Below are positions 49,101-62,889 of a DNA stretch of 63,703 nt, piece after piece (the stretch's first letter is position 1; each line of letters begins with the position of its first letter). Both the position numbers and the translations under genes were made by a program. The DNA is from Lama glama. Taxonomy: Eukaryota. The notes under the pieces were generated by a model. It had not been told where the DNA came from and ran no database searches. It saw nothing but the letters and a program-made list of their open reading frames with translations. Location of the stretch: NCBI GenBank assembly GCA_028534125.1, contig CM052818.1:33358001-33421703 (forward strand). The letters are read 5' to 3'.

Positions 49101-52100
49101 TTTTAAAATAAAATAGCAGACTTCAGATATTTCATTCCAAACTTCAAAGTTTAAGAAATTCCACTTGCCATCTATATATTTTAGGAGGTCAGCCTTCAAT
49201 CATCTCTTCTGATCAACTAAAAGTGAGCCAGCTTCATAGCCTTCTGGAGGATAAATCTTGCATCATTTAACCCTAAATAAATATGCTTCAAGTAATCTTG
49301 AACTTACTGTTTTTTAAGTTCCAAGCCTCAATGAACATTTCCAGAAAGCTAATGCAATATGCTATAATGTAATGGCTATGGCTGCAGGAATTTATTACAC
49401 GTCTCTCAAACAAAACTCTTTTATATTACACTCCTTGAATAGAAAGTTGTAGGAACTGACCAATGGCATCTTACATTTCTACCAGAACTATAACTGGACA
49501 GCATGAAATTTTTATATGTCACTTTATCAGGAAAATACAAAAGATAACAAAAATAAATCTTCTATTTGACCTGTTTTTAAGAAGACCAAGTATTATTGGA
49601 AATGAATGTCTACACTATACATTAGGACAGGGTTAAGTATTTATAGCTATTCTAATATATCATCTGAAACAATTTAAATGAAATTTTTTAAACATTTATT
49701 CATACTTTCTTAAAATATACCAACTTGTTAGCTTCTTCAAGTAGAGTTAATATAAATTTGGGAGTGGATGAGAGGAAAACTGAATTAAAAGAAATTAACT
49801 TTACAACTCCTCAGGGCAAGTCTATTCCCTTTTCCATAAAACTACCCTTCATCTATTTACAGTCATGTGGTTAACAAAAAAGACAACACAGAACTCCTAA
49901 TCATATCTCTTATAGTTATAGTTAAATTGCAGTTAATGCTTTTGGATTTTATATTTGAGAAGCGTCAACTATTAAGAACAAAATAGGGTATGTGAAAGGA
50001 GAGAGAATATCATAGTTGTATTCTGCTCTAGTACAATTTGCAGAGTACTCACAGAAATAAATATTGATAAGGCAAAAATTTAATTAAGGTAGTTCTATAA
50101 TCCTCAGTGGCTTTATTTTCAAATATTCTAATAATTCTCTTCATTCTTGTAAGCAGAGATTTGAGAATGTTGCCACGTTCTTTGAAGTTGTTGTTAATTA
50201 TAGTCTTGAAAACTCAGTAGGTTCTTGAAAGCACAGAAGCTAATTAGAAAGAGAAGCAAATATGTGACATCCAAATGAGTAGCTAAGAAGATAACCAATA
50301 TAAGGCCACTTTTGGGACTAATATGGATGGGCTAGTAAAAGTATTCTTAGAAGTACAGTTAAGTTAAATCCTCACACCTACTTAAGAACTATGTCTGACA
50401 AGTAAATAGAATGTATTCTGATAAAATGTACCAATTTGCAGCCTGTGTTCAGTGGCTACTGCTGGAGCAAGGAGTAATCTGAGTAGGAGGCACTCCAACC
50501 TCTTAACCTGCTTTAACCAGAACACTTGTCATTCTGTTTTTGTTTAGTTTGGGTTAGGTTTGGGTTTTGTTGAAGTTTTAGCCAAGTTGTCATTTGAAAA
50601 AACTTTTTATTTTTTAGAAAAATGGATCTAGTCTAGTAAGTGGTGAATACTTCAGTGAAATCTTATGCTTCTTTTATCCTTCCTATTTGTGACCATCTTC
50701 ATCTTAATATTGGAAGCCCTCCTGGGAGGAATCCAGAATTATAAAATGGCCTGGAGAACCCTGAAACGTGCTAACGAAAAACACTTTCTCTAGTTTTTAG
50801 GACTTTAGCCCCAAGTCACCAAATTAGGCTATGTATATAGCTCGTGCGTGGAGTATAAGGGATTTATCTCCTTATATCATCCAGATCTTGACAATAAGCA
50901 AAGTGGAACTGCCATCTTCCCCCAAAAAAATCTAGTCTGGGGACAGCCATGGCAGCTTCTGGCTGTGGTCCTGTCCCTGCCTTCTCTAGAGCTCTCCAAG
51001 GTTCTGACCTGCCTGTCAATCAACAACCAAGTTCCCTAGATTTTTTTTTAAACTTTTTTGTGACCTAGGATTTTCTAAAAGGTCTTTGCAGAAAAAATAC
51101 AGCAGTCCATTCTTGGTTTACAATCAATAAAATCTTCTGGTTACTAGTGGTAATGTGATACTAAGTCTATGTCAGAACATGACAATTGTATACCCTTGAG
51201 AAGAAATAAGTAATGTGTTGGGCAAAATACACGAATAACTTAGTTGCCAAGAAATCACTTTCCCACATGATTTTGTGATAGAACCAACAGGCTCATAATA
51301 GAGAAAAAGCAAAATAAGGAATCCTAAATCTGAACTTTTAAAAATGCCATTCAGTAGGCAGTCTCACCAACAGTTGCTAGGTAAGCAAAAGTTTCAATTA
51401 ACAGAGGAGTTCTGGGGCATCTTCAAATATCTACCAAGAGATGACCTACCCAGTGCATGACACCAGAATTTCTCTACCACCCTAGTTTTGTGCTAGGGTA
51501 ACAGAATCATTGGAACTGGCATACTTATTAATTTTCTTCCACAGGCAAGCATGCTTTTAATCTAAAATATACAAAAAGTATCTCAAAATGATAGCTTTAG
51601 CTCCATTTAGAGAACTCGAAAAATTGTAATATCCCTTTTTTTGCCCATCAGAAGTTGCTGTACAGATGATCTTTCAGCTCCTCGTAAAAAAAGTGACCAG
51701 CACGCAGCCCCACACCATGTTGAACTACCACTTCAAATAGGTTTCTGGAATCACCCAGCACATTTCTAAGTTCTGCTTCGTTCTCTGGAATTAGGGGTGG
51801 AGAGATGGAAGCAAACTAGGGTGGGAGGGAGCAGGGGAAGGAAGGAATCTCAAATCACATCTCTTGATTCAGCCTTCCTTGTTTACTAAGAAAAAGAAAG
51901 TAAAAAGCAGATTCCTTTCTATCTTGGAACCCTCCCCCAAAGTGGAACAAAGTTGAAAAGAAAGAACAGAGTACTCTCCCCAGAACCTTCACTAGCCTTT
52001 CGTCTCTTAACAATATAACCACTTAGAGAACAGGGATGGTATCTTTTCCACAATATGTATAAGAGAATTAAGACTGGAAACACTAAAATCACTAAATAGA

Positions 52101-52208
52101 AACACTTTAGAGAGTGCTGAATTTAATGGTGACTAAATGACTAAGATATTATTTTTATATACACAACTTTAAGGTGATATCTTATAAACACAAAATCAAA
52201 CCTATTTG

Positions 52209-52293
52209 GGAGAGATGGGTATAGCTCAGTGGTAGAGAACATGCTTAGAATGCATAAAGTCCTGGGTACAAGCCCCAGTACCCTCATTTTAAA
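52209..52293 (+). mobile_element. Short tRNA-derived SINE (camelid-type)
   Basis: gggtatagctcagtggtagagaacatgcttagaatgcataaagtcctgggtacaagccccagtaccctcatttt, then an A-tail. TSD aaaatcaaacctatttg (52192-52208) / aaaatcaaatctacttg (52294-52310). Confidence 0.9.
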
Positions 52294-52957
52294 AAAATCA
52301 AATCTACTTGAAGTTGAAATGCTTAAGTTTTACATCTACTATTTCTCAAAAAAGGATGAATAAATAATATTATTAAGTTCAATTTTGGATAAAATGCCAG
52401 TGTAGACTAAAATTTGATTAATGAACCCTAAGCACTAAAAATCTGTCTGGCCAACAAAGTGTTTTAAATAAATTTAAATTCCTTTAAGTTAAGCATGCAT
52501 CCAGTTCACCAAGACGGCAAAAATTACAAAAAAAAAAAAATCATTTTGTGACCCCAGATTGGCTGTGGCTCTGAAATGAATGCTACTATTGACCTAAGTC
52601 ACCGGTGCCACACGCTTTCTCAATCAAGGCTACTCAGACTCTGAGAATGAAAGGCAACAATGCAATGGCAGAAATGAAATTAGCAAATATGATTTCTAAC
52701 TTAATTCAAATTGTTTTTCCTGGGGATGTATTTAAATTGTCCAGGTTGCTCGAATATCATCCAGGGATGTGATTTTGAAGGAAACAGCTTGTTACTGGTT
52801 TTCCTGGCTGTACTACAAGAAACAACAGTGTGAGCTTATTTTAAGTTAAAGTGTGCTTCTGTGTTTCTTTACAAGAAATTAACTGCAATCATTTAGTTAA
52901 AGCAAACACTTTGTGAGGGTTTCACTTTTCATTAGAAAATGTCTTGAGGAGTCTTTT

Positions 52958-53027
52958 TTTTTAATAGGGCTGGGTTTTTTTTTTTTTTTTTTTTATTGAG
53001 TGTTAGGAGTACTTGATGTATTCTGGA
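52958..53027 (-). mobile_element. 70-bp internal L1 ORF2 fragment with perfect 12-bp TSD
   Basis: TSD gaggagtctttt at 52946-52957 and 53028-53039. Minus-strand insert tccagaatacatcaagtactcctaacactcaat(A)n cccagccctattaaaa resembles L1 ORF2 tccagaatatataaagaactcctacaactc...aacccaattaaaaa. Confidence 0.75.
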
Positions 53028-53799
53028 GAGGAGTCTTTTAAACTCAGAAGATCCTAATCCCAATTTCTGCACATAAATTTAAAGCTTGGAGAAAATTATT
53101 TAAATCATGGTGAAAAATGATTCAAGCTTAGTGATCCTCTGCTGGCACTGAGTGTTTCATAGCCAATGGGGAGTCACAACATCACAGGAGTTCAGTCTCC
53201 CGGATCAAGACAACTTTTTTCCTGCCTCAGTCGGGACCAGACCTCAGGGTAGATTCTCAATTCTTTTCAACTATGATAATCACAAAGAGATCCATAAGAA
53301 TGAGCAGAATTGAACAAGACAGAGAACAAACAGCTTCAATCAAGTTGTTATTTTTATTAGAGAAGCACCTGCAGGATCTGACACCTGGTTTCTGACCTCT
53401 GCCCTAAATGATTTCCCTAGCTAGACTTGGCCCCTGGGCTACAGTGATTTATCCTATACAACTGCTTCTCCTCTCCTGAGCTGAGCTTACTGGACTTAAC
53501 TTCAGACCCACAGTATTCGCCAGACTCTCCTCCTCTTAGCCAAAATCCCAGTCTTGGGCCTTCCTGGCCAGCAGTCTTTGGAGCAACCAATGTCCTAGTA
53601 ACACAGTTTGTGTGTAAATGATTAGGGGAAACTGAGCAAGGAAGAAAAAGCAATGCAAAGTAAACCATCAACTAAAGGAAATGATATCCACAAAATACAA
53701 TACACAAAGCAGGAAGAGCTTTCAGTATCTTTATCCTTCCCCCTAAAAACTCTACCTCACTTCACGTCCAGATAACGTCCATGGCCAAAAGCCACATTC

Positions 53800-54406
53800 A
53801 GTAGATATCTATTGTTTGATTTTCAACATCCCTTTCCCTTCTTCTGGTAACAAAAACCCAAATTTCCTTTGGGAAACCACCCCTCCCCATTCTCAGGAAT
53901 AGGTTTTGAGTAAGAACTTCCACCTCAAGCTCCAAAGGTCCTGACTGCCGAACCCCATCAACATTTCCTAGGCACCTAGGAAATTCAGCTACAGGCACAT
54001 ATCCAATCAAACCCAACAAGATAAATGAAGACAGCAGCTGAGACTTCTGAGAAATAAAAGCGTTCTTTCTTCCCATGGTAGAAGAATATAAAGTCTGAGC
54101 TAGAGTAACAATTTTATATTCACAAAGGAAGAGACTTGAGCTGCTGGATGGGCATGGAGACTAAGAATAAAGTCAACACAGTGGAAGGCAGGGTAGAGAA
54201 GAAATGAAATAGAAACTAGGTCCTCAAACGGCATTATTGTAGCCACTGGACCAAACCTTATCTGAAGCCCACCTGCGGTCTTTCAAGTTCTGTAAGCCAA
54301 TGAATTCCCTCTATTGTTTAAGCCAGTAATGAATTAGGTTTTCTATCACTAAAAAAAAAAAAAAAGAAAAAAAGAAAAAAGAAAACAAAAGAAAGAGCAC
54401 TGATAC
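53800..54406 (+). mobile_element. Old MaLR LTR (MLT1I/J/K-like) with A-rich expansion near its 3' end
   Basis: catccctttcccttcttctggtaaca...gtaagccaatgaattccctctattgtttaagccag...ttttctatcact(A-rich)gagcactgataca. Confidence 0.7.
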
Positions 54407-56374
54407 ACCATATCACTATTTTACTTCCTCTAAGACAAAGAATAGAGGGAGAGGTGCATAAATTCATAACTATTTAAAAATCCTTTAATCCAAGTTATAG
54501 ATTTGATTTGGTCCTTATGTTTTCTGCCAGAGACAATAGTTAAGCACCTTCTTACAGTTGCAGCAGAAAAATCTACATAGAGAATTACTCTATTTAATTA
54601 ATGACCCAACAATGATTATAGTCATTTCTCTTAAAGAAAAAAATAAATAAAAAGGAAAAAGATGGAAGAATCTACCCTTATATATTACAACTCATTCAAT
54701 GCACCTAAAATGGATCTGAAATAGGTATCTGAGATATTCCCCATTCCAGAGCTTTTCAAACATTATTCAAGTATTTGATTCAGTGGGTAACAAAGTGAGA
54801 CTTTAGAAAAAGCCAGTAGTCCTGTTGATGGATATAAAGGAGAAAAGTGAACAATCGGGCCAGACCTTATAAGAACACTTTGATTACTGACACATGTCTT
54901 GGGTATGCATACAACAAGCAGCACCCAGCTCTTCATGTGCACTGAGCTTAGACAGGAGGTCTTTACTGCCTTCACGGTCCTGTAAACAGGAGATATTTTT
55001 ACCTTTCCTCCACTTGAGTGAAACATAATCAGCACGGACAAACTGAACTACAGTGTCTTATGAATGCTGGCTCCACGCCAAACTTCAAATGTGTACCTTT
55101 GACCAGTAAACCTTTACATCTCTGCACAAATTCTCCCTCCAGAGAGACTGAAAATGGGCCCCCACAAAGCAGCCACAGTGACTGTCTCCAATAATTTGTC
55201 AACTTAGCAATACATAGTGATTACTCAGCTGCATCAATTTTCACTTCCTTAAACTTACCATCTCTCTCCAGTCCCCAAAGCCATTCTTCACTAGTTCTTT
55301 CAACACTGTGGTAATCCTCAAAGTCAACTAAAGAAAAGTGTCTGTTTCAAATTGTACCACCCAAACAATCTTCCCTGGGTCTCGGTTAGAGTAAATCATC
55401 ATGAATACATACCCTCCAATGAAATGCCTCAAGAACCCTAACAAGGCCCTTATATCCTGAGCCACCAGTATCTATTCCTATTAACTAATTTTCATCAAAT
55501 AGAACGGGGTTCTTTCTGTCAATAAAAACCACTTTAAAAAAAAAAAACTCTTAACAGAGACTGTCAATATGTAATCTTCATTGACCAAAGAAGCTTGATA
55601 TCTCTCAGCAAGTACAGAAAACTTTTCCCCCTACAGCTATAGTTCCCATCCTGGCTACCATCAGAATAACTGTGAAAACATCTTCTAAAAAGACAGATTC
55701 TCAGATCCTACCCTCTGAGACACTGATTCAGTAGGCCTGGAGTGATACTCACTTCTTGGCCCTAGAGTATCTGTTTTGTGATTTTTGGAGTCATGTTCAG
55801 ACACTCTGATAGCAAGGCAGAAACCCAGAAAATTTGATCATGTTTCTGACAAATTTCCTTATTGTGATCAAAGACCCAAATAATTTCACATAAACTCATT
55901 AGGCCTTCACATAAGATCCACTGTCTAAATGATGACTAAAGGCTCCATCCTCTAGAGCTTTCCATTCGAACTGCCCTACACATCCCCAGGATGCAACAGA
56001 ATGTGTCTCCAGACCTATGACCAACTTCTAACAATAACTGACACCTGGAACTCAGGGCTATCCATATCCAGAAAAAAAAAAGTCTCCAATGATGGAGAGT
56101 CAACATCATTCTTGCAAATTCCTATTTCTCCTACAGTAGTAGATTCTACTAAACTTGATCCCCCATCTGCCTAGATCTGCAATATCTTTCTGGCTCCTCC
56201 TGGGATCCCATCATCTCTAATTTAATATCATCTATGTCTCAGGAAAAAAACATCAAGTAGCTTACTAAACGGTGTGATTATTCTTAAATTGTACGTATTT
56301 GTTTGTGTTTAATTTTAAATCACCATCTTTTCTCCCAAATGTTTTTATGACGGCTCCATTTATATCAAGAAATT

Positions 56375-56579
56375 ACAGAGGGGTTGCAAATTGGCAGCCT
56401 CAGCCTGCAGACATGCTTTCTTTGACCCACACAAAATTTTTATTTGAAAATCTTTAGACAAAGTATACACACTTCAGTAGGTCACAATCCCCACCAATTA
56501 CAACTGCTTTATGCTGATCTTTTTCACTCATTTGTATTACTTGGCTGGCTCCTTTAGGCATCTGAGTTTGCAACACCTG
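56375..56579. mobile_element. hAT-Charlie MITE (MER102/MER58-like)
   Basis: Inverted termini ggggttgcaaatt / gagtttgcaacacctg; internal cagcctgcagacatgctttctttgacccac. Confidence 0.65.
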
Positions 56580-58679
56580 AATTATGATTTTAGAGAATTT
56601 ACTAAGATATTTTTCCTTCCTTGGTTCCTTTACTTATGGTACCACATAAGGTGTTTACTGATGTCACATAAGCAAAATGCAAAACGAACGGCTAAAGTTC
56701 CTCAGGCATTGAAAATTAAAGATAAAAAGAAAGTTCTTCTATTCCATGCACCCACTAATGTTCATGAAGAATGACCGATTGTCTGGGTGATAGAGTTATT
56801 TCATATTATCTCCCCTCTATTAGACTACATAACTATCTGAGAACAGAGACAGTATCTTATTCATCTTTGCACAAAGGATGTGTTAGACACCATGGGCTAC
56901 TCAAATTATTTGTCAAATGAATGATCACCACGATTCAATACATTATAAGCCAAGTTAAATATATTAAAGTATCTGAAATTTTTCCAGGGTCAATAAAGAT
57001 ACTGGCTATTGGGAGCCATGCTAATCTGTGGTTATGAGCAGAAGTAGACAAAAGAAAACAGGACAGCAATTCTGAAAATACAATATTGCAATATGACTAA
57101 TTAGAGTCATCAATCATTAAAAGTTTGAACAGTCTGAAAAAATACTACCTTAAAAGCATTTTAAGGTATAATTTCTTTCCAAAAGTGAGCACACTTAAAA
57201 TAAGAATTAAAAAATTATAAAACAAAATCAAATTATCATGGCTCAACAGACAAGGTCTAAGGGATATAAAATTGCACATTAAATCAGTTCCCAGTTCAAA
57301 AAACCTGCAAGAGATGTTGATCTTCCTGTTTTTCATAAACCTTATAATTGTGCTTCCAGAAAACTACCAAGCATCTGCCTCTATGTAGCTAATTCTTTTA
57401 ATCTTGGAGGCCTCACAAGGAAATAGGGAGTGCACTGTGCCAGGATCACTATCTTCTCCAGCCAAAATCATTATGCCTTGGAGCCAATTTCCTCCTGGTA
57501 AATTTTGATCAAATTCTTTCAATTTGCAACTTCCTCAGTACTGGTAATCACTACACTTGTCACAAGTCTGTATATATGTGTTTCATATTTAACAATATAC
57601 ATGATCAATTTAACAGTAGCCTATACACATGTGCACTATATATATGTGTATCTATATATGCAGCCACACATATATATCCATGCATGCTGGTTCCTGTAAG
57701 TCTCTTTACTTACACTCTGCCTCATTTGGGCTTTCTTAAGCCAGTGATAACTCTCTCTGGTAATTAACATTACTTTGGAAATCTACATTAATGAACTCTA
57801 CTACACAGCTACAATATAATGCAATCGAGGTTAATAATAATTCTGATGGGGTAAACAGTCCCTTAAAAGCTTCTGAATCATCACAGAAAGATCAAATTAT
57901 GTTCTACTTTTAGTGGAAATGGTATTTTATCAAAAATCAATTATTTTAAAAGAATTGGTGACCTATATACAAATTCTACAGTAAATTTTTATGAGTCTGA
58001 ATATTCGATTAACCAGTGAAACTTATTTCATAGTTATTCTTGATAAAGTAGAATTTCTGTAATTTTTATATATGACTCATCTTTAAAATGTACATATTTA
58101 CATATATTATTAACAGGAATTGCAGATTAACCACAACACCATATTTTACAACTATGATACACAATTCTTTAGTCCTTTAAGTGCCAAACTGTTGACTCTC
58201 TAGTTGTTGTCGTTATTCTTTAAAATAAGCCATGTTAAATATAATTTACCTTTCCTGGTGAATCAAGGTCTTTATTATGAGAGCATATTGTACTGCTACT
58301 TTTTAAAAACAATAATATCATTAGAGGTTTTTAAGTGAATAGGGCCATCTCTCCTTAAAATGAATGACTTCAGGATAACTGTACCTTTATAATCCCTCTG
58401 TTGCTTTTGATAGTTTTTTTCTATCTACTATACACACATTTGTCTCATTTTGCTATAACCAGTGTCATTGTAAATTTTAATCTTCAGTCATGTGTTCTAC
58501 ACAATTATACGAATAAAAGCTAAAATGCCTCTATAGCTCATGTATGAAATAAAGCAAATAGTCCTTATCACAAAATTCAGAACCTCTTTTTTTTGGGGGG
58601 TGGGGGTTATTTTTGATTTGTGACTATGTACCAGGTGGTTGAAGGTGCACAAAATCTGGGACACAGATCCACCTACCAA

Positions 58680-59225
58680 TTCATAGGAAATGCAGAAGAA
58701 CAAAGGAACGTGTTAAACCATACCACAGGAATACACTCAACAGAATCTAGTCTGCGGGAATTTTATAAGACAAATGGCTCTGCTTCTTCCATCATAATTT
58801 GCAAATAGAGGGGGAAAACATGGAGAAAACTACAAGTTAGAAGACATTTAAAAGGTGTAACAATTAATCACAATGTGTAGATTCTGATTCAGAAAACTTG
58901 AAATTTGAACACTGGTTATCTCATGATGCTATGGAATTACTGTTAATTTTTTTAGACAAGATAATGATATTTTGGTTATGCTATTTAAAAGATTCCTCAT
59001 CTTTTTTAGTAACATACCAAAATATTCACAGATGAAATGACAAAATGTATGGGATTTGCTTCAAAATAATATGCTAGGGGTTAAGTGGATGAAGGTACAG
59101 ATAAAGCAAGACCGATAATGAGTTGACGATTAAGGCAGCTGGGTGACAGACCCACAAGGATTCATTACATAATACTTTCTACTTTTGCATGTGTTTGAAA
59201 TTTTCCATAATAAAAAGTTTTTTTT
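58680..59225 (+). mobile_element. L1MC4-like 3'UTR
   Basis: aaatttgaacactggttatc...ggaattactgttaattt...atgggatttgcttcaaaataat...gtttgaaattttccataataaaaag. Confidence 0.75.
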
Positions 59226-61619
59226 AATGAGGCAATTCTATAGTTAGAAAGAAGCTTGTTTTGCTTTGATTTCTAAAAATTATATCTAAGAATAATGCTT
59301 TGATTTCTAAAAACGGCTAGCTATAAATTTATGCTAAAAGTTAAAGAAGCTATATCATTAAACTAACCTTACTCTTTAAAATTCAGCTAAAAGAATTTCT
59401 CAGTTTTCAAAATCTTCATTAATCTTTTATCTTAAACGTTATTAACATCTTACCCTGAATTATTTTCTTAGAAGACAAAAATTCTCACAGGGTATGTTGT
59501 AAAACAGCACAAAAATTTAGATCACAGTGTTAATGCTTATAAGTTAAAAGGTACAAAAAAGTACTAACAAAAACTAAGAAATGGCTCCTAGGCTCTCTTC
59601 AGGAAGTCAAAGTCATTAGGTTAATGGATAGTATTTCAATTGTTTATTTTTAGTCTTAAATTCGTTGAAAATTACTATTACAGATTTTCTGATTCAGTAA
59701 AATATTATTAAGGCTGCCTATGATTTATTCACTATGAACTAGACATTTAAAACATAAATCTGTAACTAATCCCAAAATTATTTCTTGTCAGTTATATTCA
59801 TATATCAAGACAAGCATATTTCATCTTTTCCTGATACTAAAATGCTTTTAAATTTAATGTGGGTGAATTTAGTGAATTTGGGTTTAGGAGTAGTATTACC
59901 TGGGTAGGGGTTGAAAGTAAAACAAATAGTTAACTTATGCTTTTAATACAATAAATTAGTTTTCAAATTAAATCAACCTTCACTGGGAAAATTTTACATT
60001 TTTAAAATAATTCCCACAGAATCTATGCTAAAAGTTCATGTTAACATTGCAAACATCTCCAAATTAATAAAATAAATAAATCCTTATAAAATGTGCCTTT
60101 AAACATACAAATTATATAAAATTATTATATTAATCACTATTCTCACCAATTAATTTTTTCAAATCTTCTAAAGGACTCCTTTGATTTTAAAATGTGACTG
60201 ATCATTTCTGATATCCTATATTTTAGCTACTATAAGTAATTAGCTACCTTTCTTCTGAAAAATCTATAATAATACAGATTTTTTTACTTTTTAATCTGGC
60301 TTCTTCATAAGTGTTCTTGAAACATATTCAAGAAACCGCATTAACTGTGCTAAATGTTTTGCTTACAATAATATTGTGCTTCTACGGTATTTTCATATCC
60401 CAACAACTTAAAAACATTTTTTAAATATATACAAGGTCTACTGAGTCACTGTTAGTTCAAGGCTACAAATCACTCTGTGGTTGAATGATTACATCAGACC
60501 AGTGGAAGGGTTGAGCTGGCACTTTACTTTGCAGGTTTAAACATCTTGGCTCTCCAAAGCTTGTGTGGGGGCTGCAGTTTGGCATAAAATTCTCAGCCGG
60601 ATACAGATAATTTCTCTGAAAAAAATGTTTTTAAACGACTAAGGTTTTTTTGCTCTTTAAAAATGCTGGAGAAAGCATACATTAGAATCAGTTTCAAAAT
60701 TTAGAATACTCTTTCCCTTTTTAATGTTCCCATCCCTGTAGATAACCCAAGTATAGCAAAATAATCCCAAACCTAAAGACTTTCAATAAGTACAAAACCT
60801 CACTTCTATATGAGTTTAAATGTACATTCAAAAATCAGAATAAATTGCTTCCCGGTATAAAGGGAAACTAAAGGATTTCTCTGAAAATACAAACATATGC
60901 TAAACCTCCTATAGTAAAGATTATATGTTGCCCTTGGTCATTTTGGCTTCCACACAGTTTTATTTCCATTTTTCCATTCAAATGTTGCATTCTTTATTCT
61001 TGACAACAGCCTTGTGAGATAGGTATTAAAATTAGCAGTTTTATTAATAAACCGATAGATCCTAAGTACTTCGGCCAGCATAGTCCACATAGTAATCACC
61101 AGAGCTGAAACTAGAATTCAGATCTGTCATATTAACCATATTCGTTTGTAGCACCCTCAGTTCGCAGCCCTGGTTGTACACTAGAACTGGCTTTCTAAAA
61201 CCACTGATGCTCAGGGTCTAAACTAGACTAAATAAGTAAATCAGAATCTCTAGGAGACAGGAGGCTCGGTATATTTCCAGTGGTTCTCACGAAAAAATAA
61301 CAGTATTACACAAAGCAATACAAGAACAGAACAGCAGAAAGAAGGATGGCAGACATGGTCAATATTAAGTCAACCACTTTCAAAGCCAAGCTTTAATGCC
61401 ATTTTCTTTTCTCACCCTATAGACACCCACGTCCCCACTCCCAAATCAGTAAACATCAAGAAAAAGTCACTTAATTTTAATATTTGCCTACATGAAGTAT
61501 ATTGGGGACATAAGTCCTAATGTCCACCAAAATGTGTAAGGGAATTCTAGTTAAAATACCCTCTGGATGAGTCATAATTTTATACCCTCCTTACTGCTAT
61601 CTCCCTTCACTATATTTTA

Positions 61620-62040
61620 TTGCTCCTCATTCCTTTCTGCATCTCTCATCTTCCAACTGAAATCTTGTCTTCTCCCTGAAAAGTTAGTAAAGGTTTGCCG
61701 ATAATGAACTCTCTGTTTTTGTTACCTGAAAAATGTAATAATTTCACTTAATTCCTGAAGGATATTTTTGCTAGATACAGAATTTTAAATGGTCATGGTT
61801 TCCTTTCACCACATTAAAGATATCATTCAACTGTCTTCTATTTTCCATGTTGCTATAAGAAGTCAGCTAACAGTCAAACAGTGGCTCTTCTATTTTCTCT
61901 GGTTGTTCTTAGATTCTTCTTATTGTCTGGTTTGCTGTAGTTTTGCCATGATGTATCTAGAAGTGCTTTTCTTTACATATATCTGCTTAGGATTAAGTGG
62001 ACTTCCTGAATCTAAGGAATTACATTGATTAATTTTTGTA
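61620..62040 (-). mobile_element. Old L1 fragment (antisense ORF1 region)
   Basis: ttcctgaaggatatttttgctagatacagaatttt...tgttgctataagaagtcagct...gacttcctgaatct. Confidence 0.6.
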
Positions 62041-62154
62041 TGCTAAATATATCCAATTCCTTTTTAAAGTGTTTTATTGTGAAATATAACAAGTATATAG
62101 ACAAGGTCACAAAACAAAAATGTGTAACAACTAATAATCATAAAATTGACACCT

Positions 62155-62548
62155 GTGAAAGGAATGGAGCATATGTACAAAGCTAAGCTGACCAGCACTC
62201 TCCATTGCCCATAGCAACAATGTTCATGGATATGATGACCCAAATGAGGCTAATCAAGACTGACAAGTCTCAATTCTAAGACCTTTGTTCACGATGTCAG
62301 ACTTCCTCTTCCTCTGGTGTTGTGATGTTGACCAATAGGCGATGTACAAAGGGCCTGAGAACAATACCAGCAAAGCAGAAGTAAGAGCAAAGTCCTGAGG
62401 ACACTGTTTGATCCCCAAACCAGTCATGCCCCAATCTAGCTTTACCCCTGGTCTTTTCTGTTATGTGAACCAATAAATCCTCTTTCTACTTAAGCCAGTT
62501 TGGTTACATTTTCTGTTATGTGAGTGCTACCAGGTTCTAACTGATACA
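62155..62548 (+). mobile_element. Old MaLR LTR fragment (MLT1-like)
   Basis: ttatgtgaaccaataaatcctctttctacttaagccagtttgg...ttctaactgataca. Confidence 0.65.
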
Positions 62549-62889
62549 ATTCATCACGTGATTTCCCTTCTTGAAGCATTCTCCATCTAAATTTTGTTTT
62601 TATTTTTCTTTTCTACTTTATATCATAATTGTCTATAGCCAGATTTTCTCTGCTACTGAACTGTGAGCATGGAGCACAGTGGCTGACATGAGAGGTATTC
62701 AATAAACATGTACTGAAGAAACTGTGATATCAATGAATCATTCATCTTTGTATTCCTAACACCTAGTACAAAAGCTTAAATATAGTAAAGACTCAATACA
62801 TGCTTGCAGAAAGAATTAACTACCAAATAATCAGGTGGAAATAATACCACAAAAGAGCAGAGATCAGGATACACACAAATGCTATCTTA

